From assembly GCA_001824825.1 (NCBI GenBank), contig MHTK01000006.1, forward strand, positions 57,051-121,050: a DNA stretch of 64,000 nt. The letters run 5' to 3'. The DNA comes from Candidatus Vogelbacteria bacterium RIFOXYD1_FULL_46_19 (GTDB lineage Bacteria > Patescibacteriota > Minisyncoccia > Phycocordibacterales > XYD1-FULL-46-19). Shown in pieces: positions 20,478 through 30,184 of this stretch. A program made the position numbers and the translations under genes. Under the pieces are notes generated by a model, which was not told the DNA's origin, made no database searches, and was given only the letters and a program-made list of their open reading frames with translations. Numbering within the stretch: position 1 is the first letter of the stretch; the number at the start of each line of letters is the position of its first letter.

Positions 20478-21002
20478 GTGTTGAATAAAAATATACGTTT
20501 TATGTTGATGGCGCTTGGCTTGGTGGTAGTATTTTTCGTGATAGTTATAGCAAGCATTGCCATCTTAAAAGGCAGTGCTTCGCTCATCTTCCGCGATGAA
20601 AAGGGGACGGCTCTACCTTCTCAACCTTCCTCCCCAGGTACCGTTGAGGTCGTCGCGATCGACGAATGCTTCCCAAAGTATCAGGTAGGGGATGTTATCA
20701 ATTTCCACCTACAAGTGCCCGAGGAAGCGTCCCCTGTGACCATTGTCGTCCAGTCACCAGATGCATCGAGGATTGAGTTTACCCTCGAGCAAAATGGCAA
20801 CGTCAATGTCCAGAAAGAACTTTCCGGCGCATCAGGCGAAAGTTGGCGCGTGTTTCCTCGGACACCCGACCGGCAAACCACCCTCCTGCAAAAGGAGATG
20901 CCCAGCCGGATCGGAAAGGACGATAACCCGGTACGTTTTCTCATCACCGATGCTAACGGCGCCTCCTATGAGCCGCCACCCATCGCGGTAACAGTAGATT
21001 AG
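20478..21002 (+). CDS. hypothetical secreted/membrane-anchored protein with GC-rich coding sequence
   Basis: GTG start 5 nt after an AAGGAGG Shine-Dalgarno, an N-terminal TM/signal segment, and visibly higher GC than its neighbours. Confidence 0.5.
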   Translation: MLNKNIRFMLMALGLVVVFFVIVIASIAILKGSASLIFRDEKGTALPSQPSSPGTVEVVAIDECFPKYQVGDVINFHLQVPEEASPVTIVVQSPDASRIEFTLEQNGNVNVQKELSGASGESWRVFPRTPDRQTTLLQKEMPSRIGKDDNPVRFLITDANGASYEPPPIAVTVD

Positions 21003-21015
21003 TATCGTTTGAGTT

Positions 21016-21056
21016 CCCGGCCCGGAAGCACTTTGCTTCCGGGCCGCTTTTTTTCT
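21016..21056 (+). terminator. intrinsic terminator
   Basis: ggcccggaagc-acttt-gcttccgggcc hairpin followed by a 7-nt T-run. Confidence 0.75.
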
Positions 21057-21310
21057 CTATCAATTATAATTAGTTGACACTTTCAGCTCATGTGCTATGA
21101 ATTAAATATGATTCAGTGTTACCACAAATCAATTAAAGCCTCTATGACCGTCCTTACTGACGGCCGTTTTAGACTTTTTTCTGACTGTGGTAGTTCTAAT
21201 AACTAAATAGTTATAGCAACAACCTAGAAACACCTCAGTCGGACGAAAGTACCACTGTGGTGTTTTTGTTTAGACGATAACCTAGGTCTTTGATAATGAA
21301 AGGAAAATTT

Positions 21311-21868
21311 ATGAGTACAGTAAAGAGGGTATTGTACATGGTGGGTGATAAAGTATCGCTCGGAATATTGGTTCCCGAGGACGCCGAGCGCCTCGCCCAC
21401 TGGGTCAACCAAGCGGAGCTGCGGCAATTCCTTAGTATCTACTTGCCGATGTCCCCGGGTCAGGAACGAGAGTGGATCGAGAACTTGCCCAAACGTCAGC
21501 CGAATGACTTTGTGTTTGCCATTGTGAAAAACGACGATCATCATACTCACATTGGAAACATTGGTTTACATCGCATCAACTATAAAGACCGTCGCTGTAG
21601 CGCGGGGATCTTTATCGGTGATCAAGCTGAGCGGGAAAACGGCCAAGGACGTGAAGTCGCCAAACTCCTAAAAATCTTTGCCTTCGATACGTTGAATCTC
21701 CGCAAGATCCAGCACGAAGCTATCGCCGCTAACCAGCGCAGTATTGCGCTCGCGAAATCGTTGGGAGGGATTGAAGAAGGTGTCTTCAAGGATCACTTTT
21801 ACATTGACGGCAAGTATCACGATGTCGTTTCTTATGCGATCTTCAAGTCCGGGTTAAAACCTCGGTAA
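21311..21868 (+). CDS. GNAT-family N-acetyltransferase (RimJ/RimL-like)
   Basis: AAAGGA RBS; motifs IGNIGLHRI and the acetyl-CoA loop Q.ERENGQGRE. Confidence 0.7.
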   Translation: MSTVKRVLYMVGDKVSLGILVPEDAERLAHWVNQAELRQFLSIYLPMSPGQEREWIENLPKRQPNDFVFAIVKNDDHHTHIGNIGLHRINYKDRRCSAGIFIGDQAERENGQGREVAKLLKIFAFDTLNLRKIQHEAIAANQRSIALAKSLGGIEEGVFKDHFYIDGKYHDVVSYAIFKSGLKPR

Positions 21869-21881
21869 CACCCTCGAAGCT

Positions 21882-21922
21882 AGCCCCTCTCACAGACATA
21901 TGCCTGTGAGAGGGGCTTTTAT
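21882..21922 (+). terminator. intrinsic terminator
   Basis: agcccctctcacag...ctgtgagaggggct followed by tttt. Confidence 0.7.
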
Positions 21923-21945
21923 AATCTTTAAGGCTAAGGTATAAT

Positions 21946-22920
21946 TTGAAAATCATGCCTAAAAAAATCCTTCTCTCGGGCATCAAGCCTACGGGCCGAC
22001 CTCATATTGGCAACTTCTTTGGAGCGATGAAGCAATTTGTCGACTTTCAAGACGAGTATGAATCTTATATTTTCATCCCAGACTACCACGCCCTAACCTC
22101 GGTCCAAGACCGGGAGAAAATGGCTAGCTATACCTTAGACCTAGCTATTGGCCTCCTAGCTATTGGCCTAGACCCCGCTAAAATCACTTTATTTAAACAA
22201 TCAGATGTTCCAGAAGTGACCGAACTCACTTGGATTTTCAATTGTCTCACTACTATGCCTTACCTTATGCGCGCCCACGCTTTCAAGGATGCCGAGGCCA
22301 AAAACAAAGAAATTAATGTCGGAGTGTTTGATTACCCAATGCTAATGGCCGCCGACATTTTAATTCAAGATGCCGACATCGTACCCGTGGGCCAAGACCA
22401 AAAACAACACGTGGAAATTGCCCGCGATACGGCTGAAAAGTTTAATCGCACTTTTGGCGAAACTTTTAAACTACCCTCAAGTTTCATTCAACCAGAGGTA
22501 TCAGTGGTACCCGGTATCGACGGTCGCAAGATGAGCAAAAGCTACAATAACCATATTCCGCTCTTTGCGGGTGACGACGAGGTTAAATCCCTAGTAGCCA
22601 AAATAGTCACCGACTCCAAAACTCCAGACGAACCGAAAGACCCGGCTACCGACAATGTCTTTGCCCTACACCGCTTGTTTAGTGAGGACCAAATTGAAGA
22701 CCTAACCAGTCGTTATCAAGCTGGCACGATCGGCTACAAAGAATCTAAAGATATTTTAGCCGCTAATATTATTAAATTTATTACCCCTCTACGTACCAAG
22801 CGTGAGGCCATTGCCGGCGACACTGCTCACGTTCAAGCCATCCTCACCGAAGGTGGTAAGCGCGCCCGCGAGCACGCCAGCTGCAAGATGGCCGACGTCC
22901 GCCAAAAACTCGGCCTCTAA
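21946..22920 (+). CDS. trpS: tryptophanyl-tRNA synthetase
   Basis: Class I HIGH-like motif TGRPHIGN and KMSKS. Confidence 0.9.
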   Translation: MKIMPKKILLSGIKPTGRPHIGNFFGAMKQFVDFQDEYESYIFIPDYHALTSVQDREKMASYTLDLAIGLLAIGLDPAKITLFKQSDVPEVTELTWIFNCLTTMPYLMRAHAFKDAEAKNKEINVGVFDYPMLMAADILIQDADIVPVGQDQKQHVEIARDTAEKFNRTFGETFKLPSSFIQPEVSVVPGIDGRKMSKSYNNHIPLFAGDDEVKSLVAKIVTDSKTPDEPKDPATDNVFALHRLFSEDQIEDLTSRYQAGTIGYKESKDILAANIIKFITPLRTKREAIAGDTAHVQAILTEGGKRAREHASCKMADVRQKLGL

Positions 22921-22928
22921 TCTTTTTC

Positions 22929-24716
22929 ATGGCTTCCAAATTAAAAAGTCACCATTTTAAAATTGGACTGGTTGTTATTCTAAATTTTCTCAAAGACAAG
23001 CGAAAAGAATCGTTGTTTATTTTAGGGTTGGGTCTCTTGTCGGCCATAGGTAATGGTGTAGTACCTTATATTACCGGTCGGCTGTTTGATAAAATCTTAG
23101 CCCCGGACGAAACACTACTCCTGGCTGGTTATCAATTTCCGCTCTACCTGGTCTTACTGGTCACCCTAGCTCTCATCCAACTAGTCTTGATTGTGGTGGA
23201 ACATCGTAAATACCTTCTGCAATCAGCTTTTGGCTTCGACGGCCGATTTAGCTACCAAAGCGCCGCCTATGCCAAATTGCTAGAGCTCCCGGTTTCCTTT
23301 CACAAGAAGCGCAAAATAGGGGATATTACGACCAAAATTAATAGTGCCGGTATGGGAGTAGAGGTAATCACCGAACGCCTCTTAGGGGGCTTGGGACCTG
23401 AATTTTTGTCGGTCATCGTTGCTATTTTCTTTCTCCTTACCATTAACCCCGTCGTCGCTTTAGTGTCTTTTCTCGCTGTGGGGTTATACGTCATCATTGC
23501 TTACTTTTTTATTAAAGATAGTGCTAGTTTTCAAACCAAACTAATTAGAGGGTGGGGCCGAGCTTACGGCGATGTCCACGATGTGGTCAATAACATCCAT
23601 ACAGTAAAACAATCTGTGACCGAAACCTATGAACAGAAACGCCTCGGTCAGATTTTCAAGAAATTTATTTTACCTCACTGGCTAGGTATGGATATAATTT
23701 GGCAGACCTTAAACACTATTAAGGGTTTACTGGTTATTACTTTACAAATTATTGTCTTTATCTGGTCCATTAGGTTAGTGCTCGCCGGCACGATTACGAT
23801 TGGGGAGCTGATCGCCTTCAATAGCTACTTGGCCATGTTATTTGCTCCTTTCACCACCCTGATGAATATGTGGCGTATAATTCAAAATGGTTTGCTGGAT
23901 ATTGCCGCTGTTGAAAAGATCCTGGCTCTACTACCGGAAAACTACCACCCAGCCAACCAGGTGCCCTTAGAGGCTATTCGCGGACAAATTGCCTTTCAAG
24001 ATGTCAGCTACTACTATGAGAAAGACAAACCGGTGTTAAAGAAAATTAGTTTTGAAGTGCCGGCCGGGCAAGTGGTGGCGCTGGTAGGGGAATCAGGGGT
24101 GGGTAAAAGTACGCTGATCGATTTATTATCTGCTTACGACTTTCCACGCCAAGGTAAAATCCTAATCGACGGCCATAATATTAAATCATTAGATATAAAA
24201 TTTCTGCGTTCAAAAATTGCCGTGGTGCCTCAAGAAGTGGTACTGTTTAATGATACAGTAAAAAAGAACATTGCTTACGGGAATTTTAAAGCCACGGAAG
24301 AGGAAATTGCCACCGCCGCTAAAAATGCTCATGCTTATGACTTCATTCAAAAATTCCCAAAGAAGTGGAAACAAATTGTCGGAGAGCGGGGTGTCAAACT
24401 ATCAGTGGGCCAAAAACAGCGTATTGCTATAGCTAGAGCGATTTTACGCAATCCCTCTATTTTAATCCTAGACGAACCCACTTCCGCCCTCGATGCCAAG
24501 TCGGAACGAATCATTCAGGAGTCATTAAATAAGCTAATGTCTGGTCGCACTACCTTTATTGTAGCTCATCGTTTATCGACTGTCCGCCAAGCTAATTTAA
24601 TTCTGGTCTTCGATGAAGGCCAGATTGTTGAACGCGGTACCCATGATGAACTAATCAACCTAACTGGTGGCCGCTACCGCGAGCTGTACGAACTCCAAAT
24701 CGGCTTGCATCAGTAA
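22929..24716 (+). CDS. ABC transporter, fused permease/ATP-binding subunit (MsbA-like exporter)
   Basis: Six TM helices, Walker A GESGVGKST, the LSVGQKQR signature and Walker B ILILDE. Confidence 0.9.
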   Translation: MASKLKSHHFKIGLVVILNFLKDKRKESLFILGLGLLSAIGNGVVPYITGRLFDKILAPDETLLLAGYQFPLYLVLLVTLALIQLVLIVVEHRKYLLQSAFGFDGRFSYQSAAYAKLLELPVSFHKKRKIGDITTKINSAGMGVEVITERLLGGLGPEFLSVIVAIFFLLTINPVVALVSFLAVGLYVIIAYFFIKDSASFQTKLIRGWGRAYGDVHDVVNNIHTVKQSVTETYEQKRLGQIFKKFILPHWLGMDIIWQTLNTIKGLLVITLQIIVFIWSIRLVLAGTITIGELIAFNSYLAMLFAPFTTLMNMWRIIQNGLLDIAAVEKILALLPENYHPANQVPLEAIRGQIAFQDVSYYYEKDKPVLKKISFEVPAGQVVALVGESGVGKSTLIDLLSAYDFPRQGKILIDGHNIKSLDIKFLRSKIAVVPQEVVLFNDTVKKNIAYGNFKATEEEIATAAKNAHAYDFIQKFPKKWKQIVGERGVKLSVGQKQRIAIARAILRNPSILILDEPTSALDAKSERIIQESLNKLMSGRTTFIVAHRLSTVRQANLILVFDEGQIVERGTHDELINLTGGRYRELYELQIGLHQ

Positions 24717-24785
24717 GTATCAAGAGAAATTGCTTCTACATAAACTAAGCTTATGTGAGGTAGTAGTTGTGGTATAATATAGTGG

Positions 24786-25034
24786 GCTTGTGGCTTTAAA
24801 GAAAAGTGTTATAGTGAGTAAGTAAGCCTGTGATCCGGCCGACACCGGGGAGGCGAGGGAAGAACCGGTTAGGGAAGCTTTAAGGCGGACTGCGGGTCGC
24901 CTACGAAATAAGCTTCGGCGGACCACAGTAGAACCCTCAAGGAGTAATCAAGATATAAACCAGGGTGGCACCGCGGCCTCGAAACCGCCCCTGCGAATTT
25001 ATTATTTACTAAATAAATTCGGAGGGGCGTTTTT
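24786..25034 (+). promoter_or_regulatory. T-box riboswitch leader, Asp specifier GAC, controlling aspS
   Basis: Extended -10 TGgTATAAT at 24770-24778; AGUGA box at 24813-24817; GAC-A at 24841-24844 in a loop; T-box sequence aaaccagggtggcaccgcgg at 24957-24976; 15-bp terminator stem at 24987-25028 followed by a T-run. Confidence 0.7.
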
Positions 25035-25055
25035 GTATCCCTTCGACAAAATATT

Positions 25056-26384
25056 ATGGAACGAACTTATATTAAAGATCTTAAAAAAAAAGTCGGGGCA
25101 GAGGTTTTACTAAAAGGCTGGGTCGACATCAGACGTGACCACGGTAAACTAATTTTTATTGATCTGCGGGACGTCTCCGGACAAGTGCAGATGGTAGTCT
25201 TGCCCAACCACACCGAGGCTCACACGGCAGCGGAAGCCATCCGGCCCGAGTGGGTGGTAGAGGTGACTGGCACTGTTAACCAAAGGCCAGAAAAAATGGT
25301 GAAAGCCGGTGTCTTAAATGGAGATTTGGAATTGGAAGTCACCGGAATTACGGTTGTAGGTACAGCTAAAGAATTACCATTTGAAAAAGAAGCCGATCTA
25401 AACTTTGACACTTATTTAGATCACTTACCCTTAACTCTAAGAACTGAAAGGTCTAAAAGTATTTTTCGCATTCAAGCTTCAATTATTCAGGCTTTTAGGG
25501 AATATTTAGTGGCTCAAAATTTTACAGAGATTCAAGCTCCTAAACTCATTGGTGATGACGCGGAAGGGGGAGCCAACTCCTTCAATATTGAATATTTTGG
25601 CCACACTGCTCACTTAGCTCAAAGTCCTCAGTTTTATAAACAAATTATGGTTGGTATCTTTGAAAAAGTTTTTACCACCGGAAACGTTTATCGAGCAGAA
25701 AAACACAGCACAACCCGCCACTTAAATGAATACACCAGCTTGGACCTGGAAATGGGGTTCATAGACTCCTTCAGGGATATTTGCTCTACAGAGAATAAAC
25801 TACTAGCTCATATTATGAAGAAACTCTCGGAGACCCGAAGTGAAGACTTTAAAGCCCTCGGCTCAACAATCCCCACAGTTCCAGACTCCATTCCAACTCT
25901 TAAACTCAGGGAGGCCCAAGCCATAATAAAGAAGGAATTCGGTGAAGATTGTTCTAATGAACCCGACCTTGAACCACAACACGAAAGGTGGATTTGTGAG
26001 TATGCTAAAAAAACTTGGGACTCCGATTTCATTTTTATCACTCACTTTCCACTATCCAAACGTCCGATGTATACCTACGAAGACCCAGCTGACCCAGGTT
26101 ATGCAGCCGGATTTGACCTTCTGTTTAGAGGAATTGAAATTACGACCGGCGGCCAACGTATTCACGACTATGATAATCTGGTGACCGCTATTAAAGGAAA
26201 GGGCTTGGAACCAGAAAAGTTCTCTTATTACCTCCAAGCCTTTAAATTTGGAATGCCTCCTCATGGTGGACTAGGTTTAGGGCTAGAGCGTCTAACAGCC
26301 AAGCTGATTGGATTAGACAATGTTAAAGAAGCAACCTTATTTCCCCGAGATCTAAATCGAATAGATAATCTATTATCTAAATAG
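25056..26384 (+). CDS. aspS: aspartyl-tRNA synthetase, archaeal/eukaryotic type (442 aa)
   Basis: Class II motifs FRAE-like, LAQSPQFYKQ, and motif 3 GGLGLGLERL; no bacterial GAD insertion. Confidence 0.85.
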   Translation: MERTYIKDLKKKVGAEVLLKGWVDIRRDHGKLIFIDLRDVSGQVQMVVLPNHTEAHTAAEAIRPEWVVEVTGTVNQRPEKMVKAGVLNGDLELEVTGITVVGTAKELPFEKEADLNFDTYLDHLPLTLRTERSKSIFRIQASIIQAFREYLVAQNFTEIQAPKLIGDDAEGGANSFNIEYFGHTAHLAQSPQFYKQIMVGIFEKVFTTGNVYRAEKHSTTRHLNEYTSLDLEMGFIDSFRDICSTENKLLAHIMKKLSETRSEDFKALGSTIPTVPDSIPTLKLREAQAIIKKEFGEDCSNEPDLEPQHERWICEYAKKTWDSDFIFITHFPLSKRPMYTYEDPADPGYAAGFDLLFRGIEITTGGQRIHDYDNLVTAIKGKGLEPEKFSYYLQAFKFGMPPHGGLGLGLERLTAKLIGLDNVKEATLFPRDLNRIDNLLSK

Positions 26385-26564
26385 GTTTAATTAATTGGCA
26401 ACAATTCGTCGGTTTAGTAATAATAGCTTTCCCGAAAACCGGGGGGGGGCTTAATGATGGACTCGCCGGCCCCCGTCAAAGTTGAACAGTTAACGGAACT
26501 TGGGCTAAAAATTGATCGAAAATAAGTCTACTCGGCTCCTGGATTGGATCCTCTAGTTCATCTA

Positions 26565-26592
26565 TTGACAAATTCTACCTGTTTGTTATAAT
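26565..26592 (+). promoter_or_regulatory. sigma70-like promoter (TTGACA-16-TATAAT)
   Basis: TTGACA at 26565-26570 and TATAAT at 26587-26592. Confidence 0.5.
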
Positions 26593-26598
26593 CTAAAT

Positions 26599-26836
26599 AG
26601 ATAGTTATTATTACTGACAAGCGGTCGGACGGGCTCATCCATTCCCATTCATCCTTTTTCGTCTGTTTTTTCCGTCCGACCGCCGTCAGTTTATGGCATT
26701 TAAGCCCTCCTCAGCGACTCAACCAGTCCGTACCCAAGCCAAAGGGTCGAGTCGCTTCACTAAAGGCCCTAGTAGTTGTGGAATGACTCCCTTACCCCGA
26801 GTCAACCCACGCCGTACTCTAGGGCCTTTTCTTTTT
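26599..26836 (+). ncRNA. candidate small RNA or long structured leader, unclassified
   Basis: Bounded by a consensus promoter and a hairpin (ggccctag...ctagggcc) plus ttttcttttt; contains a 17-bp stem at 26614-26689 and a second stem at 26710-26752; no ORF. Confidence 0.4.
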
Positions 26837-26874
26837 GTCTAAAGGCTATAAAAAAGCTATATTACTAAGTAACT

Positions 26875-27603
26875 ATGAGCGAAAAATTTTCTACTAGAAT
26901 TGGAGACTTCGAGGGGCCACTGGATCTCTTACTTCAACTGATTGAAAAAAACCAACTACACATCAGCCAAGTCAGTATTGCCCAAGTGGCGGACGACTAT
27001 ATCGCCTATATCACGAACCTGTCTAATTTGCCCAAACGCGAAGCGGCAGATTTCTTAGTGATTGCTTCCACTTTAATGCTGATAAAATCAGCTTCACTTT
27101 TACCTAGTCTAAACTTGCTACCAGAAGAAGAGAGGGGCGCAGAAGAATTAGAACTCAGGCTCAAACTATACCAACAAATGCAAACAGCCAGTTTGGATAT
27201 TAAACAGTTGTTTGACCATCAACCCGTTTTCTGGCCGCTACCGCGACGGAACTATGAGCCAGTTTTTGCTCCCAGTGCGGAACTCGTAGTTGATAATCTG
27301 ACAAATGTAATTTTAAAATTACTAGCCGCTTTACCTAAGATAAGCAATCTACCCCAAATTGCGGTCAAAAGGGTCATCAGTCTACAGGAAGCGATGGAAA
27401 AATTAATTCAAAGAATTGAAAGAGCTTTATCACTTAAGTTCAACGATTTTGCTCCCCGTAATCGAGCCGAAAAAGTAAACATTATTGTCAGCTTTTTGGG
27501 TATGCTAGAACTGGTAAAACAGGGAATGATCGAGGTTAACCAAAACGCTCATTTTGAAGACATTGATATGCAGAGTCTAAACCCCACTTTGCCTCGATAC
27601 TAA
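26875..27603 (+). CDS. scpA: segregation and condensation protein A
   Basis: N-terminal F.GPLDLLL.LI....L motif and position directly upstream of scpB. Confidence 0.8.
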   Translation: MSEKFSTRIGDFEGPLDLLLQLIEKNQLHISQVSIAQVADDYIAYITNLSNLPKREAADFLVIASTLMLIKSASLLPSLNLLPEEERGAEELELRLKLYQQMQTASLDIKQLFDHQPVFWPLPRRNYEPVFAPSAELVVDNLTNVILKLLAALPKISNLPQIAVKRVISLQEAMEKLIQRIERALSLKFNDFAPRNRAEKVNIIVSFLGMLELVKQGMIEVNQNAHFEDIDMQSLNPTLPRY

Positions 27604-27660
27604 ACTTTTAGTCCAATTTGTCAAAAGAGTCTTAAAAACGTATAATTTACCCACCTCGAC

Positions 27661-28203
27661 ATGGAGCTCGCCCCCAAAATTGAAGCTATTCTTTTTTACA
27701 AAGCCGAGCCGGTTAGCTTGTCTTGGTTAACCAAGATCCTGGAGGTTAAGCTCGAGGAAATAGAGGTGGCTTTGATTAGTTTAGAATCAGATCTTACTGC
27801 CCGTGGTCTACAACTAGTTCGACATAATGAGAACGTGGCTTTAGGAACAGCTTCCGCCACTAGCGACCTGATAAGTAAAATTACGCAAGAGGAGCTATCG
27901 AAAGATTTGGGTCGAGCCGGTTTGGAAACTCTGACCATTGTGCTTTATCGTGCTCCAATAGCCCGCAGTGAAATCGATTATATTCGAGGAGTCAACTCCA
28001 GTTTCATTTTACGGAATCTAATGATTCGCGGTTTGGTGGAAAGAAAACCCAATCCAAACGACAGTCGCAGTTTCGTCTACCAGCCCACTTTAGACTTACT
28101 CGCTCACCTAGGACTTACTCGGATCGAGGAGTTACCTAATTTTGATAAAGTCCAAGCCGAAATTAAACAATTTTTTACTGACAAAGAAAAAAATGATGAC
28201 TAA
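27661..28203 (+). CDS. scpB: segregation and condensation protein B
   Basis: Two winged-helix repeats (EAILF...P...L / TIVLYRAP..R.EI..IRGV). Confidence 0.85.
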   Translation: MELAPKIEAILFYKAEPVSLSWLTKILEVKLEEIEVALISLESDLTARGLQLVRHNENVALGTASATSDLISKITQEELSKDLGRAGLETLTIVLYRAPIARSEIDYIRGVNSSFILRNLMIRGLVERKPNPNDSRSFVYQPTLDLLAHLGLTRIEELPNFDKVQAEIKQFFTDKEKNDD

Positions 28204-29113
28204 CCCAAAAATCTACCTCCGACTAATTGCCCTCGGAACCAGCACGCTGATTGTAGTTTTTACCTTCTTGTGGTTACCTTCCTGGCCAGCCGTTTCCCCA
28301 CCAGTAGTGGCCGCTGAAACTGCTCCGGTAAAAACTGATCCGGCCGCCTTTTTTGCTAATCTTAATTTAGAAGCGAAAGCGGTCATGGTTTGGGATGTCG
28401 AAAATCGGCAAGTTTTATATGAGAGTAACGCTGACCAGCAGTTACCCCTAGCTTCAATTACTAAAATTATGACGGCCTTAGTAGCGGCCGATATTTTTGC
28501 TGACAGTGATTTAATTACCATTAGTCCGAGTGCTTTGGCTGGGGGTAGTAACGCTGGCTTACTAGAAGGGGATACTTGGACTTTCAAAGATCTAATAGAC
28601 TATAAATTAACTACGTCCTCCAACGGAGCCTCCAGTGCCATCGCCGAAGCAGCTAATCAAAAAACAAATAACGACTTTATAACCCGCATGAATAGTACTG
28701 CCTCCACCTTAGGTTTAGACAAAACCTATTTTATTAACGCCACCGGCCTAGACGTGGGCGAGCTTTACGGTGGATCTTATGGTAGTGCCCGAGACATAGC
28801 CATCCTCTTGTCTCACATCATTACCAGAAAACCGGACTTGATGACGGCCACTACCAAAAGCTCAATCAACCGAACTTCCCAAAGTGGACGAACTTATACC
28901 GGGAAAAACACCAATGATATCCTCAACCAAATACCAGGCTTACTGGCCTCTAAAACCGGTTATACTCTAGCGGCTGGCGGCAATTTGGCTATCGCCTTCG
29001 ATGCCGGCTTACGCCAACCGGTCGTCATTGTAGTTTTAGGCTCCAGCTTAGATGGGCGCTTTAGAGATGTGTTGAAACTAACTGGAGCCACTTTTAATTA
29101 TTTTTCTAATTAG
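28193..29113 (+). CDS. D-alanyl-D-alanine carboxypeptidase, serine type (PBP5/DacA-like, S11)
   Basis: Signal/TM segment, SxxK (ASITK), SxN (SSN) and KTG (KTGYT). Confidence 0.8.
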   Translation: MMTNPKIYLRLIALGTSTLIVVFTFLWLPSWPAVSPPVVAAETAPVKTDPAAFFANLNLEAKAVMVWDVENRQVLYESNADQQLPLASITKIMTALVAADIFADSDLITISPSALAGGSNAGLLEGDTWTFKDLIDYKLTTSSNGASSAIAEAANQKTNNDFITRMNSTASTLGLDKTYFINATGLDVGELYGGSYGSARDIAILLSHIITRKPDLMTATTKSSINRTSQSGRTYTGKNTNDILNQIPGLLASKTGYTLAAGGNLAIAFDAGLRQPVVIVVLGSSLDGRFRDVLKLTGATFNYFSN

Positions 29114-29124
29114 AAATTAAAACC

Positions 29125-30183
29125 ATGATGTTAAGTATAGTCAAAGTGTTTGCCCCAACAGCTATCGCCTTCTTTTTAGGTATTGCTATGACACCGGTTT
29201 TGACTCATTACTTATACAAACATCGCTTGTGGAAAAAGAAGTCGGGGAAAGTTGCTCCCGACGGCCGCGACACGCCCATCTTCAACAAACTCCACGCTCA
29301 TAAAGAAACAGGCACCCCACGAATGGGCGGCATTATTATTTGGGCCAGTGCTCTTTTAACCATTGCTGTCATCTGGATTATCTCTCAAATTTTTCCAACC
29401 GACATTACCACTAAACTGGACTTCTTAAGTCGTAATCAAACGTGGCTACCACTGTTTACCTTACTGGTTGCCTCCGGTCTCGGCTTGGTGGATGATTGGC
29501 TGCAAATCCGAGAACCCAAAGACGGTCAGAACGGGGGGCTGTCTTTCAGTCGCCGTTTGGTAGTAGTAACCGCCCTAGGTTTGGGTGCCGGTTGGTGGTT
29601 TTACTATAAATTAGGCGTCAGCACTATTCACATCCCTTTTGGCGCTGATTTAGAGGTTGGTGTCTGGCTCATTCCCATTTTTATCGGAATTATGCTAGCC
29701 CTTTTTTCTAGCGGAGTCATAGACGGAATCGATGGCTTGTCGGGGGGTATTATGTCGATTATTTTTGGGGCTTACGCCGGAATTGCTTTTTTTCAAAATC
29801 AAATCGACTTGGCCGCTTTTTGCGCGGTAATTATGGGGGGCACACTGGCTTTTTTGTGGTTTAATATCCCGCCGGCCCGATTTTATATGTCAGAAACAGG
29901 CATTCTCGGACTAACTACCACTTTAACAGTAGTAGCTTTTTTAACCGACTCCGCCTTGTGGCTACCGATTATTGCTTTTCCTTTATTTATTACTTCACTA
30001 TCGGTGGTAATTCAATTGGTTTCCAAAAAACTTCGCCACGGTCGCAAGATTTTCTTGGTCGCTCCTGTTCATCATCACTTTGAAGCCATTGGCTGGCCAG
30101 CAGCCAAAGTGGTGATGCGCTACTGGGTAGTAGGAATCATTACCGCTATTATTGGTATGATTTTGATTCTCCTAGATAAATAA
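29125..30183 (+). CDS. mraY: phospho-N-acetylmuramoyl-pentapeptide transferase
   Basis: Ten TM helices, GTPRMGG, LGLVDDW and position in the dcw order. Confidence 0.9.
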   Translation: MMLSIVKVFAPTAIAFFLGIAMTPVLTHYLYKHRLWKKKSGKVAPDGRDTPIFNKLHAHKETGTPRMGGIIIWASALLTIAVIWIISQIFPTDITTKLDFLSRNQTWLPLFTLLVASGLGLVDDWLQIREPKDGQNGGLSFSRRLVVVTALGLGAGWWFYYKLGVSTIHIPFGADLEVGVWLIPIFIGIMLALFSSGVIDGIDGLSGGIMSIIFGAYAGIAFFQNQIDLAAFCAVIMGGTLAFLWFNIPPARFYMSETGILGLTTTLTVVAFLTDSALWLPIIAFPLFITSLSVVIQLVSKKLRHGRKIFLVAPVHHHFEAIGWPAAKVVMRYWVVGIITAIIGMILILLDK

Positions 30184-30184
30184 A

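Noticed and set aside
26599-26836. Assigning the structured non-coding units at 26.6-26.8 kb, 36.9-37.2 kb and 57.3-57.7 kb to RNase P RNA, SRP RNA or tmRNA.
   Set aside because: I searched by eye for GGAAAGUCCGGGCUCC (P4), AGGUCAGGUCCGGAAGGAAGCAGC (SRP domain IV) and the tRNA-like GGGG...UUCGA...CCACCA ends of tmRNA on both strands and found none. The nearest resemblance (GGGGUCCGAAUAAGAAGUAGGCCCC at about 37100) is a simple hairpin lacking the GNRA tetraloop context.
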